From the NCBI RefSeq assembly GCF_018350175.1, contig NC_058376.1, positions 14,694,001-14,758,000 of the forward strand: DNA of 64,000 nucleotides, read 5' to 3'. This document shows positions 22,679 to 35,004 of this stretch, in pieces (position 1 is the first letter of the stretch; the number at the start of each line of letters is the position of its first letter). A program made the position numbers and the translations under genes. Source of the stretch: Felis catus (lineage: Eukaryota). The notes under the pieces are model-generated. The model was not told where the DNA came from, made no database searches, and was given only the letters and a program-made list of their open reading frames with translations.

Positions 22679-23050
22679 ATGTCCTACAGCTGCTGCTCTG
22701 GAAACTTCTCCTCCCGCTCCCTTGGGGGCTACCTGCGCTACCCAAGCTTCTCCTGTGGCTCTTCCTACCCCAGCAACCTGGTCTACCGCACTGACCTCTG
22801 CTCTCCCAGCACCTGCCAGCTGGGCTCCTCCCTCTACAGCGGCTGTCAGGAGACCTGCTGTGAGCCCACCAGCTGCCAGACGTCCTGCGTGGTGTCCAGC
22901 CCCTGCCAGACGTCCTGCTCCCTCCCGAGGACCTCCACGTTCTGCAGCCCCTGCTGGACTGCTTACCCTGGGTCTGTGGGCTTTGGGTCCAGAAGCTGCT
23001 ACTCACTGGGCTATGGATCCCAGGGCTTCAGGCCTCTGGGTTATAGAGTC
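22376..23050 (+). repeat. Right arm of 675-bp inverted repeat
   Basis: Reverse complement of 17439-18113. Confidence 0.95.
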
Positions 23051-23162
23051 TGTGGTTTCCCTTCCCTGAGCTATGGATCCAGTTTCTGTCGCCAATCTAT
23101 TTTCCTTTGAGAAGTTTCCATCCATCTTGTAATGCGCACTCTGTAGATCTGGCTTCTACTGA
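22679..23162 (+). pseudogene. KRTAP13: KAP13-family copy B (KRTAP13-3-like C-terminus). Frameshifted: a 143-aa ORF ends at 23110, ancestral stop at 23160-23162.
   Basis: Near-identical to copy A for 124 codons. Two separate 1-bp deletions (about 23093 and about 23135) disrupt the restorable tail CRPIYFPLRSFHPSC...CRSGFY*. May still make a truncated protein. Confidence 0.8.
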
Positions 23163-23422
23163 TTAGTGTGTCAAAGAGCCAAATCCATTTGAAACAGGCA
23201 GATTCTGTGATGAGATTATCTATTGTCTTAATTTTCTCCATTTGAAAGCATCTAATATTCCCTGATTGCCACCAACTTTACCTTGCCTGCTCTCAAACAC
23301 CGGCTGATAGAAGAACCCTGTCAGACTACAAGATTAATTAGTAATTCAAATTGCATTGTTGATAGAATTTATGGTTTTGCATTTCTCTCAAAAATAGAAG
23401 AAAAGTCAAATGATTTTATTTT

Positions 23423-23428
23423 AATAAA
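23423..23428 (+). terminator. Candidate polyA signal of copy B
   Basis: AATAAA followed by a T-rich tract. Confidence 0.5.
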
Positions 23429-24785
23429 CTCTTTTTTCTGCGGTCCAAATCTGCTGTCAATGTTGTTATTTCTTAGTGATGTGTCAAGTAGGAATCGTGT
23501 TATCATTACTGCTGGTAATGGCCGTTGGAAATCTCAGATTTTAAAGGCTGTGCGCTAATTTTGGTTGGGCTTGGGTATTTTCTCCTGTTGAAGCAGGACT
23601 TCCTTGGATGCCAACAGTTTCTAGGTACCGCCTTTTTCTCAATGATATCTCAAGAGATTTGAATGTCTTGTTCAGACAATAAATATAGACCATGCATAAA
23701 AAGACATCATAGAGACATTATGCATCAGAGAAATTTGAAGAATGTGTGAACAAAATTTAGATTTACATGATGAGGCTGTGCATGCAGGTTATTCAAATGA
23801 AAGACTAGGGTGTGGGTGTAAAATTTCAGAAAAGAGCGCCTATGAGCTTTAGCTAATCACAGTGAAGGTATGTCACATATTTTTTTTAATTGACTAAATC
23901 CCTGTTCTCCAATTACTGTTTTCAATCTGCTCAAATTATCTCCATTTGTATAAGAACAACTTAGATGGGAACAAACCTAGCTGAGAAGGAACTAGGCTCA
24001 GCAGGTGTGAACTTGCACCTGGGTTCTTTGCCAACATACACAGTGAATCTAACTCTATACATGAAACCTTTATTATCATTGAAAATGATTGTTTCCGCTG
24101 TATATTGAAATGAAATGAGATATTCTTTATTTGTACCAGATTCCCTCCTACATCCAAGTGTTATAAATGTAAGGTGCTAACATGTAACATAGATACTAAC
24201 TATGTAGTAGATAACACAGACAGCATAACATACTATCATAGACAGCACGATAGCAACCAGAGACGTTATATTCATACAGAACAAGCAATGTTTAAATATT
24301 TTTTTTCCTATTTTTATTTGATATGGTCTTCAAACATGTCAAAATTAGGAAATGGATTGCAGGGTACTCGAAGCTTGGAAAACACCCAGTCTGCTAAGTT
24401 GATCTCAGTATATTTCACCATGCTCTATTTACTTCCTCCTTTCCTACCTACATAATAAAATCTGAATGTAAAAGGAGTTGTCAGGTTCATCACATTCAAC
24501 CTACTTACTCTATAGAGGAGGAAACTGAGAGAAGAGCCAGATAGAATTTTACTAGATGACACAGCAGATTATTGTAGACTTATTAGTAGAATTGCTTTAT
24601 TCCATGCATTCTCTCAGATCCTGTCTTCCCTTATATGCTCCCTCTCTTCCTCATCTTCTCCCCTCCTCCCCCATCATGTTTAGGAAATAGTCATGACACT
24701 TACATGGCTAGAGGAACACATAAAGGCATAATGAAAGAAGATTTGGGGGAACAAATTCATCGTCCGTCGCGTTATAAAATTTAAA

Positions 24786-24830
24786 ATCAGCAAACTCCTC
24801 TGTAAACGGTCCTGCTAGTGAATTTTAACG
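24786..24830 (+). mobile_element. MER58-like 5' fragment
   Basis: cagcaaactcctctgtaaacggtcctgctagtgaatttt resembles the MER58A end. Confidence 0.4.
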
Positions 24831-25031
24831 ATCCAAGTTGTTATCATGCCCATAATCTTCAACCAAGAGAAAGAATCCAATTTTTACCCCAAAACATAAG
24901 CAAGGGCATAGCAGTCATGGGGAGCAGACAAAACTTTTTTGGCCAAGCTGAGGCCAAATGTCTCCTCTGTTAATGGCTCCAGATTTTAGATGTAGTAGTG
25001 GAAATTTTTCTGGTTTTCAGAAATATACTAG

Positions 25032-25528
25032 TGTCTTAGTTTTTCTGTTATTGCCAAAGCAAACTATATCAAATTCGTGGAATAAACAATACTCATTTAT
25101 TATCTTATAGTCCCATAGGTGAGAAGTCAGGTACAATCTCACTGGGCTAAAATCACTATGCTGGCAGAGACGCATTCCTTTCCAGAGGCTCTATGGGAAT
25201 ATCTACTTTCTTGCCATTTTCAGTTTCTGGTGGCCAGATGCATTCCTTAGCCCATTTTCTCCTTCCTCCGTCTTCAGATACAGCAATGAGGGTCAAGTCG
25301 ATGTTACTCTGCCTCACTCCCACCTACTCTTCTGCCTCTCTCTTCTATTTTTCAGGATGCTTAAGATTATGTCATGCTTATCTGGCAATGTCCCTATTTT
25401 AAGGTCAACTGATTAGCAACTTTAATTTCATCTGCTACCTTACTAACCTTTTCCACATCAAGTAACATATCCACAAATTCCAAGATTTAGAATATGGGTG
25501 TATTTGAGGAACTGTTATTCTACCTACA
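25032..25528 (-). mobile_element. MLT1-family (ERVL-MaLR) solo LTR
   Basis: tgtcttagtttt...ctcactgggctaaaatc...gaggctctatgggaat...aaggtcaactgattagcaact...ctacctaca. Confidence 0.88.
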
Positions 25529-25573
25529 AACATTAATAAACAAGCAAATTTATATATTTAAAAAAAAACCCTT

Positions 25574-25784
25574 GGGGGGCCTGGGTGGCTCAGTCGTTGA
25601 GTGACCAACTTCAGCTCAGGTCACGATCTCATGGTTTGTGGGTTCGAGTCCCGCATCGGACTCTGTGCTGACAGCTCGGAGCCTGGAGCCTGCTTCGGAT
25701 TCTGTGTCTCCCTCTATGTCTGCCCCTCCTAGCTTGTGCTCTGTGTCTCTCTATCTCAAAAATAAATAAACACTTAAAAAAAAA
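25574..25784 (+). mobile_element. SINEC
   Basis: Full body with A tail. Confidence 0.94.
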
Positions 25785-26169
25785 CCTCAAAGACTGATTG
25801 TGAATAGATAGCAATATTATGAAGTGCTCAAAAAGAGCAAAATTCAATGGTGAGGATAGCAAACTTGCAACACCACAATTACACTTGAAGTTATAACAAT
25901 ATCCCATTTCACGCTGATAGCCAAGGTAAGAAACCTGTAATATTCTACAAGAAACATAACTCCTGAGTTGATGTCTTGCCATGACCATTCAGGAAACTAC
26001 CCCCTTCTCTATTCCATGTCTCTGGCACATACTAAATTTCCCAGAGCACAGACTCTTCTTTCTATACTTCCGTAGAGTATAGTGAATCGTGATCTTCCAG
26101 TTCTCACCAAGTTAATCCTACTGCACATAATGGACAGAGACCAGCTGGCACTTATCTGGCTTCCTCCTG

Positions 26170-26375
26170 CTGCGTCCTTTGACGGAGATGCTCAGCACCT
26201 CGGATTTTGAACCTAGGGGTTTAGGTCCCGGCTTCCGCAGCCTGCACAACTATAATTCCGGAAGCTGCTAATCATCTGTCTGCCAACTGGTTTCCAATTC
26301 TGACTTCCAAGAATAAGTGTAACCAGTTTCCCAGAAAATGCTTCCATGAATCCTTTCTAGGAACTTGATTTCAAC
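26170..26375 (-). mobile_element. Ancient interspersed repeat (LTR-like, family undetermined), paralogous to 30775-30985
   Basis: Reverse complement aligns to 30775-30985 at roughly 60-65% by eye. Confidence 0.5.
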
Positions 26376-26719
26376 AATTTCTATTTATTAATGTTTATCC
26401 CATTAGTGATTACAGACAGTAGCTTGATCCTCCCCAACTCCTTGCCCTCATATTTGTTCTTTTTTCCTAATTAGTCATGCCTCAGAACACATCGCCAAAC
26501 ATGTTGTCAGTATCATTAGTTTTCATGACATTTTCACTGAGCCTTTTCCATGAGTCAGAGTCTGTGAAATGGAAATGTGTATTATTGAATATGTTTTTAG
26601 ATTATATTTGTGTATTACTCCATAATTTAAAATATAGTAAGAAAAGGTGTGGGGTCTCTGTTCTAACTGGCCTGAAAGTTAATAGAGAAAGCAAATACTA
26701 AAGAAATAATTATTTAACT

Positions 26720-27090
26720 ATAGTAACAATGAGCTATGAATGAGTTTCTGATACTAAAATAACATCGAGAGATATGCGCCTAGCCTTAGAGGTCAAGAAA
26801 AGTTCCCCAGAGGAATAGAATTTGAAATAGCTTGAAAGAGTAAGTAGGGAATGGATAGATAGTACTTGGAGAAGAGTATTTTGAGGACCCCGTCTTGAGA
26901 TGTACATTATAACACCGAATGGCATTTTGTCTTGTCATTGAAGGAAAATGAAAAAATGCCTTGAAATTAGGCCAGAAAGATTTGGGGGCCATTCTTTGTC
27001 TTCAGTGGTCTAGCTCAGAATTGCACTTTCTTCTGAAAGCATCAAGGGCCATTGAATGGTTTTAGGCAGAGGCATGAGATTGTCCGATTT
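26720..27090 (-). mobile_element. L2 fragment
   Basis: gggccattgaatggttttaggcagaggcatgagattgtccgatttg is a typical L2 motif. Confidence 0.55.
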
Positions 27091-27605
27091 GTTAGTGTTT
27101 TTATATAATTTTTGTTATTCAATTAGTATTGACACACCATGAAATGAACAGATTTTAATGGTAGAGTTTGATGTTTTTGACAAATATATACACTTATAAC
27201 TAGTTACAGCTACCCGATCAAGATATAGAACATTTTCCCACGGCAGAAAGTATCCTTATGCTTCTTTTAAACCAATCCCTGCCAACTCGAGCCAACTATT
27301 GTAATGATTTCTGTCACTGTAAAATGATTTTGCCTCTAGCATTTCCTAAAAATTAAACCATACAGTATGTTCTTAGATGTGTCCATCTTTTTTCATTCAA
27401 CATAATGTTCTTGAGATTCTCCATGATACATATGTTTTATTCATTTTATTTCTGTGGAAATAAATGTGCAAATAGATGACAGTGTGTTTAGTCCTTCACC
27501 TGTGGATGGACATTGAATTGTTACAAGATTACAGAAAACTTTTTAAATCAATAAAGCTGCAATGAACATTGATTGTTCCAGTCTTTTTGTGGGCTTCTGA
27601 TTTTA

Positions 27606-27640
27606 GTGTTTGTTTGTTTGTTTGTTTGTTTGTTTGTTTT
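27606..27640. repeat. (GTTT)n microsatellite
   Basis: Directly visible. Confidence 0.95.
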
Positions 27641-28339
27641 TAGAAAGACCTCCGAATGGAATTTCTGGATCATAGAGTAAGCATATGTTTAACTTTATTA
27701 GAAAATGCTGATCATAAATAAATGTTAAAAAATTAAAGAAAAAAATTGCTGATCAGTTTTTCAAAGTTAGTTTTATCATTTCATTCTACCACCAGTGATG
27801 TTCTACATTTCTGGGGGTTTCACATTCTCATCAATATTGACATCATTCTTTCTCTTAACCATTTGCTAGATGTGAGTAGTATTTTATTGTGATTTTAAAT
27901 TGCATTTACTTGGTGAATAATGATTTTGAGCACCCCTTCTTGTGCTCATTGGCTATCCTTGTGACTTCTTTGTGTAGTGTTTATTCATGTTTTGCCATAT
28001 TAATTTTTTTGCTAAGATATTGGAATTCTTTATTTACTCTGGAAATCAGTCCATTGATAAATATACTGCTAATAATCTCATAGTTATGCGTTCTCTCATT
28101 TTAGTGACAACTTTGGATAAGAAAAAAAATTCATTTTGATGAAATCAAACTTATCAATTACTTTTCTTTTATTGTGTTTTTTTTTTTTTTGTATTCTTCA
28201 AGAAAAGTTTTTCTTCACATCAGGTTGGAAAGATATCCTTATTTTTGCTAGAAGCTTTAAAACTTCAGTCTTTATATATGTCTATGAAAGGTATCAACAC
28301 ATATATTTTCTTAAGTTCTTTACCTATATCAGCGATTCT

Positions 28340-28551
28340 TTTTTTAAATTATTATTTGAGAGAGAGAAAGAGAAAGTATGAACAGGTGTGGGGAGGGGCA
28401 GAGAGAGAGAGAGAGAGAGAGAGAGAATCCCAAGCAGACTCTACACTCAGCAAGGAGCCCAACACAGTCCTTGATCCCTTAACCCTAGGATCATGACCCG
28501 AGCCAAATTTAAGAGTTGGACGCTCAAACAACTGAGCTACCTAGGTGCCCC
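28340..28551 (-). mobile_element. SINEC
   Basis: (GA)n linker, head ending ctaggtgcccc, TSD-like cgattct. Confidence 0.9.
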
Positions 28552-29735
28552 GATAACCACCGATTCTAATATAATTTTTGAAAAGACATTTTTCCCCAAA
28601 AAGATATTTTTTAAAAAGATGTTGATTTGACATCTCCATTAAAAAAATTTGACAGTATACATGTGAATCCATTCTAGAACTCTATTCTGTTTCACTGATT
28701 ATCTATACTTATTTCAGTGCTACCATATCTTAATATACCTTTATATATATCTCTTTAAATGAGATAATGAAAGTCTTCCAACTTTACTCCTGTTTCAAGA
28801 TGATTGTGCTTTTTCTTGCTTCTTTGCATGATATAAATTTTAGAATCAGTTCTTCAATTTTTATAAAAATGCCTCCTGGCAGTTTTGTTCAGAATGTGTT
28901 GAATTTATAAATTAAGCATACTAAACGTCTTTCAATCCATGATATGTGTCTCTACTTATTTGGATCTTATTTAATTTCTTTCTGCAGTATTTCATAGTAT
29001 AAAATACACAAACCTTAAACCTTGAAATGTAGATTATATGTTTTGTTATTCATATAACATACTTTGGATTTTTCACATATTTTTGGTTATTATATAGAAA
29101 TAAAACAGATTTTAATTGTAATTTTATAGATTCATTACATTTTTTTATGTCATTCTACCTATGAATACATAAAGTTTTCCTGTTCCCTTGCTAGTGTTTA
29201 TGCCTTTTATGTGTTTTTATTGCCTTATTGCTGTGGCTAACACCTGCAGTGCAATGGTGGCTAGAAATGTAGGGATACGGTGATGTGGCTGATTTTGTGT
29301 GCATGTATGAGTGTGTAGGTGTGTGCTACCCTCTTTGCTCACAACATTAATAAATATGTATCTTTTAAGTTTTAAGAGCTTGTTGTTTATGGGATCAGAT
29401 TACATCTAACCATGGAAATGGGCCGAAATTGACTGATTATTAATTGAGTCAATTTAGAGGACATTTGCAACAAAATCCCTGCTTTCTCATCCTCCATGAG
29501 CCTGGGAACTCCAACTGCAAACTCTCCTCACATCAGGAAATGGGAACTTTACACATAGAAATTTACTAATTGAACTTCTAATTAAGATTGGCATACTCAT
29601 GATACCATCCCATCTCTAACACCTCCCTCTTTAAATTTCACTGTAATTCAGTTTAGCCCAATTTCAGAAGATGGAGAGATAACGTGTATTGATAGAGAAG
29701 CGCCATAAAGGAAATAGCATTTAAACATGAGTCTA

Positions 29736-29946
29736 GGGGCACCTGGATGGGTCAGTTGGTTTTGCATCCAAATCTTGATACTGGCTCAGGTCGTGATCTC
29801 ATGGTTTGTGAGACTGAGCCCTGTGTTGGACTCCACACTGAGCACGGAGCCTGCTGGGGAATCCTCTCTCTCCCTTTCTCTCTGTTCCTCCCTCACTTGC
29901 ACGTGTGCATGCCTTCTTTCTCAAAATAAATAAATAAACTTAAAAA
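29736..29946 (+). mobile_element. SINEC
   Basis: ggggcacctggatgggtcagttgg head and A tail. Confidence 0.9.
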
Positions 29947-30774
29947 ACAATGAATCTAAAAAAACAAGGCAATGAATCTAAAAGGTAGGATGATCTTAAA
30001 TATCAAAGACACGAGAACTATGAGAACAGATAAGAGGGAGTATAGGAAGAGGGTGTAAAATGACCAAAGCAGGATGGAAAAATGCTTACTGTGTGTTCAG
30101 GGAATAACTGAAGTTCAGCTGGTTTATGGCAAAGGGAGGATTTATGTAGCAATTGGAGACAAAGATAAAAAAAAAAACAATACGGGTTGTATACATGTAG
30201 ATATGCTGACTATTGGACCTCATTATCATAGATTTTTCTCATTCTTGCTCAGATTAGTGCAATCATCTTCCCATTGGATATCCTTGCTTCAGTTTCTACC
30301 TTGATCAAGCAATCTTTGTTCATCCTCCTGCCACAGCTTGTAAAATACTTTCTCGTGGAAGCTTTGTTAAGTTCTGAAGATAGTTGAGTTCTCATTGTTA
30401 AATTCATGTATGTGTTGAGGATTTGCCTGTTTACAGCTGTTAATCACTGTTATTTGGTTAACCTTGCTAGATGGTAAGTTCAAAGAAACAGGAACCACAT
30501 TTTTAAATATTGGTTTTAAAATGTCTCACTACACAGTAGCAGATAAATGAATGCATTCTTTTTTGAAAAAAAAATATAATGGAACATTTGTTGATCATAC
30601 ATTTCCTATGAGCAGAGTCAAATGAATATTATTTTGAGAACTGACTGGTATCGACAAGATGTTTAACAACATAGTACCGAGGCATGACTAATAAAAAATA
30701 TGGGAGTCAAGGTTGAAGGGTAACAAAGCTGTTATCTGCAATCACCAATGTGACAGGAATAAATAAATAGGAAT

Positions 30775-30985
30775 TGGTGAAATCAATTGCATAGAAATGA
30801 CTCATGATGAGTTTCCTGGGAAACTAAATACATCAATCCCTAGAAATCTGAACCACATGCTGGCTGGTAAAAAAGATGACTGCCAATTCCTGGAAATAGA
30901 ATTGCTTAGGCAGCAGGAACCTGAGAACTGAATTCTTGAGTTCAAAATATACACAGCCAGTGGGTGTAGCAGATCAGCACGAAAT
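30775..30985 (+). mobile_element. Ancient interspersed repeat, inverted paralog of 26170-26375
   Basis: gaaatcaattgcatagaaatgactcatg..tttcctgggaaact aligns with the 26.3-kb copy. Confidence 0.5.
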
Positions 30986-31404
30986 ACAGCAAGAGAAACT
31001 TGGAAGTCTGGTAGAGGTAGGACCTATAGGAAATCTAGTAGCACTTTGGTAGAGAGCAGGACTACAAGGAAACAAGACCTAGAATAATTGTTGCTGGAAT
31101 ATAGAGGGAACCTTACTTTGATCCTGGTAAACTCAGAATGTTGCAGAAGACTTGGACGTAGGTGTTGGCTGTTTCAGGAGCAGCTTTTATATGGGATTGA
31201 GACAATTTCTTGATATGCAATGATAGTTTTTATACTTTGATGCTGATATCCTTAAATGGGACATTGTATTTAACCTAAGTATCAGTTGTGCTATTACAAA
31301 TGTACTGCCTCAACATTGTAATTGCCAGCTGTGTGTATTGCATTATACTGCGGTGTAATGACTATTGAATCTCTCCCCGATTTGCCTTTAGAAGGTTGTT
31401 TGCT

Positions 31405-31600
31405 GGGCACTTGGGGGTTTCAGTCATTAAGCACCTGGCTCTTGTTCTCAGCTCACGTCATGACCTCAAGGTTTGTGAGATCTAGCCCTGTGTTCGACTC
31501 TGGGCTGACAGCAGGAAGCCTGCTTGGGATTCTCTCTCTCTCCCTCCCTCTCTGCCCCTCCCTTCCTCCCCTACTCTCACTCTCTCTCTAAATAAATAAC
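31405..31600 (+). mobile_element. SINEC (diverged)
   Basis: Head, gcctgcttgggattctctctc linker and aaataaataa tail. Confidence 0.88.
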
Positions 31601-32089
31601 TAGAGTATTTCCTGGAGCCAGAAAACCACTTTTACGTTTTTATCCAGGTAATTTTTTTTCATCATCAGCCATAGCTCTGATTTAGGCAAAAAATACTCCT
31701 CCATGTTAAGGCTATTTTGTCTGTGTTCTGTATCTCTAGAATGACTGTGGCCCCCATGTGGGAATGTGCATGTGGGGATTACGTGGATTATTCTATTTTA
31801 AAACTCATGGAAGTTATAAGCAAAATAAAATTAAGTTCATAGAAGAGTACTGGACACTGCCCTTTCTATTTCTGTCAGGGAAAGCCAAATGAAATTTTCT
31901 ACATTTTCTCTCAAAATTTCAATCCCTTTAGATTTCCCACTGACAGTGTCGAAACCATGATCATTGCTCAAGCAATTTAATGGCGAGTCTTTTTTACCTC
32001 TTCTATTCCACTGTCCTCAACATGATGACTTTGAGTCTTGTGTTTGTTGCCTCATGGTCTTGCATGGTCACAACATTGTCCAAAATGGG

Positions 32090-32145
32090 TATTATGAGCT
32101 GATTTGTGCCCCTCCCATCAACATTCCCATGTTGGATTTCTAACC
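32090..32145 (+). mobile_element. MLT1 LTR 5' end running into the assembly gap
   Basis: tattatgagctgatttgtgcccctccc...catgttggatttctaacc. Confidence 0.7.
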
Positions 32146-32278
32146 NNNNNNNNNNNNNNNNNNNNNNNNNNNNNNNNNNNNNNNNNNNNNNNNNNNNNNN
32201 NNNNNNNNNNNNNNNNNNNNNNNNNNNNNNNNNNNNNNNNNNNNNNNNNNNNNNNNNNNNNNNNNNNNNNNNNNNNNN
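32146..32278. other. Assembly gap (133 N)
   Basis: N run. Confidence 1.
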
Positions 32279-33549
32279 AACTCATGATGATAATGGGGAG
32301 CGAGAGAAGGAAGAGGGATGACTGGAGGAGAGAGAAGATGAGATTACATGGCACAATTGAAATTGCATTAAAATGAAACTTAGGAACCAGGGGTCTATCC
32401 TTAGCATTGCCATTAACTTTCTGTGAGACTTAGAAACTAACTCTTGTAGGTCTCAAGATCCATGTCTATACAACAAGTTAAGTTTGACGTGGTGATCTCT
32501 ACAGTCACTATGTCTCTCATATTTAATGCATCCAGGAAGAGAGTGGGACATTTGTATTTCCTCTAAGAAATGGCACATTTGGCAAGTCTATGTTTCTCCT
32601 CGAGCTTCTATTTTCTCATATGCTAAAAGGACGTTAGACTATCATGAGTGAATTCCACACTGGGATGCTTGTGAGTATGATGAAAAAACGCACAGAAAAT
32701 TTCTTTAAAGATTCCCTGGCTCTGTGCAAAGTTACCACTTTATTTTTAGGTTTGGCTCATTTACAATAAGCCCTATTTTTAACAGCTTATCGTTTCCTGA
32801 TATACTATATTTGTAAAAGTTTAGAAAGGAATCATAAAATAACTGAACCTCAGGTTGAGATACAACGGAAGCAGACATCAGGGCTGTTCCAGAAGCCCAT
32901 TTGGGAAGGCACCAAGATGGAATCCATGTCTTCTGAACCTGACCTTCTCACCTGGCTTCAGTGATAACGTCATACACGCTTAGAGAAATGAATCAGGCTT
33001 GAAACTGGTTGTTGGAATGCAAAATGCAGATGCCTTTAACCAAAATGAGACAAATTCAGTTTTAGTTATTGAAAGCTCATAGGTAGCCTTCTCTCAATTT
33101 TACAAACACATGGCAGTTTTCTATTTACTTCTTTCTTTTTAATGGACCAAACCATATAAACTTATTTCCTTGCTTTCTATATTCCTGGTGTTATGTGGCA
33201 ACTTCTTAATTCCTTCACTCTGCCAGCACAGATACAAGGTCAGCTGTTCATTGAGTGAATTCAACTCTCCTCTGCTCCTCAGATTTATTGTCAGAGAAAC
33301 CTGCACCTTCACACCTTGCGTACACAACCTTTCAAAGCCCTTTCACAGAAAAATAGAATCTTTCATTTCAATTTCACAAATACACAACGAAACAAAAGTA
33401 GAAAATAAACAAATAAGAAACCACCATATTATTTGTGGATTAAGACGTTTATTAGATTTAAATCATGTAAATGTCATTTAGAGAAGCTAATCTATTAAAA
33501 TAAATTCTTTCTTAAAGGCTGGCTTTAGAGTTTAAATTTGGGTTATTCA

Positions 33550-34000
33550 GTTTAGTGCTGGGAATATGTTGTTTAAAAGTTAAAAATCAGTAGAGATGAG
33601 GCACAAATAAAACAAACTTTTAACTTAAAACCTCATATGATTATAAACTAATAAATACCTTTGATTCTAATCCAAACATCGAAGAAAAAAAAAACAATGA
33701 AATTGGGAAATGTTTTGAAATGCATGATAACAGTCATATAACTCAGTAAAATTGGGGAGATACAGCTGCTAAGAAGGAAACATTTAAATTTTAACGTATA
33801 TACAAACATACAAGAAAGCTTGAAATAAAATTTTAGTACTCTACATGAGGAAGCTTGAAAAAAGAATAAAAATTGAAACCAAAAGAAATTTTAAGATAGG
33901 AAATTATAAAGACAAGAATAGAAGTCAATGAAATAGAAATCAACATGAAACAGACAAAGCCAACAAGGTCAAAATTCGGATTTTGTGAAAACTAATAAAG
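33550..34000 (+). mobile_element. Old L1 ORF2 (endonuclease-adjacent) fragment
   Basis: gaaattgggaaatgttttgaaatgcatgataac...ggagatacagct...gaagtcaatgaaatagaaa...gaaaactaataaagtt. Confidence 0.7.
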
Positions 34001-34206
34001 TTATTTATTTCATTTAAAAAATCATATAGGAAAATAGGTGACAAATAGCTTCAGAAAATTTATATAATCATTTGGAAGAATATTTATTTTTATATATTCC
34101 AAAGCAGAATTAACTTTTCCTTCCTTTCTCTCCAGCAACTAAGGTATGTGTCTTTGTCTTTCTCACTCTTAGTGACTTCCAAATGCTTTTTCAAAATAGC
34201 CCTCGT

Positions 34207-34431
34207 TGGGGCGCCTGGGTGGCGCAGTCGGTTAAGCGTCCGACTTCAGCCAGGTCACGATCTCGCGGTCCGTGAGTTCGAGCCCGGCGTCGGGCTCTGG
34301 GCTGATGGCTCAGAGCCTGGAGCCTGTTTCCGATTCTGTGTCTCCCTCTCTCTCTGCTCCTCCCCCGTTCATGCTCTGTCTCTCTCTGTCCCAAAAATAA
34401 ATAAACGTTGAAAAAAAAATTAAAAAAAAAC
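34207..34431 (+). mobile_element. SINEC_Fc, young
   Basis: Perfect 14-bp TSD aaaatagccctcgt at 34193-34206 and 34432-34445. About 97% identical to 21148-21371. Confidence 0.97.
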
Positions 34432-35004
34432 AAAATAGCCCTCGTGACAAACTTAGGAGTTACTAACCACAAGATGAATAGGCTTCAGAACTACTCTTAG
34501 ACAAAATGGAAAGTTAAATAAATATGTTTTCAAAGAGTACCAAGTCTTAATTCAGATCTTCTGCACCAAAGAGGCTTGTAACCTCATTCCCTTCCAGTTA
34601 ATTCTTATCTCTAATTCTACTTCATATAACAGTGATTGAATGGAATCCAGTTGAAGGAGACTTCCCATGTACTCAGATCCTGGTCTGCTTGTTTATTGAT
34701 CAAGAATGCACACTACTGACCTCCAGAGAGAGTTTTCTTTTTTTTTTAAGAAAAAAAAAAGCCCTAAATTATTTGTCAACACTATACAACTGGACAGTTT
34801 CAAACTATGTGTGCTGTTTACTATGGCAATATTGACTTGCATTTTTTGTTTGTTTGTGAGTCTGCATCCTTTTTTTTTTTTCTTTTCCCTGAGTCTGCAT
34901 TCTTGAGATATGGAGCTAATTGTTTCTGATCTGAGAGGTGTCATGCACCGATTATAGTATTTATTTTTTCAATTGCACACACTTCTAGAAATTACTTTTA
35001 ATGA

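Larger units (their letters stand above)
27085..29260 (-). mobile_element. Old L1 (L1MB/ME-type) 3' and ORF2 fragment, interrupted by (GTTT)n and a SINE
   Basis: T-rich antisense L1 3'UTR motifs (ttcattcaacataatgttcttgagattc, tggatcatagagtaagcatatgtttaactttattag). Confidence 0.8.

Noticed and set aside
17439-23050. Recent inverted segmental duplication as the origin of the 675-bp arms
   Set aside because: Flanks on both sides remain distantly homologous and the C-termini resemble different recalled human paralogs, which fits conversion between old paralogs better.
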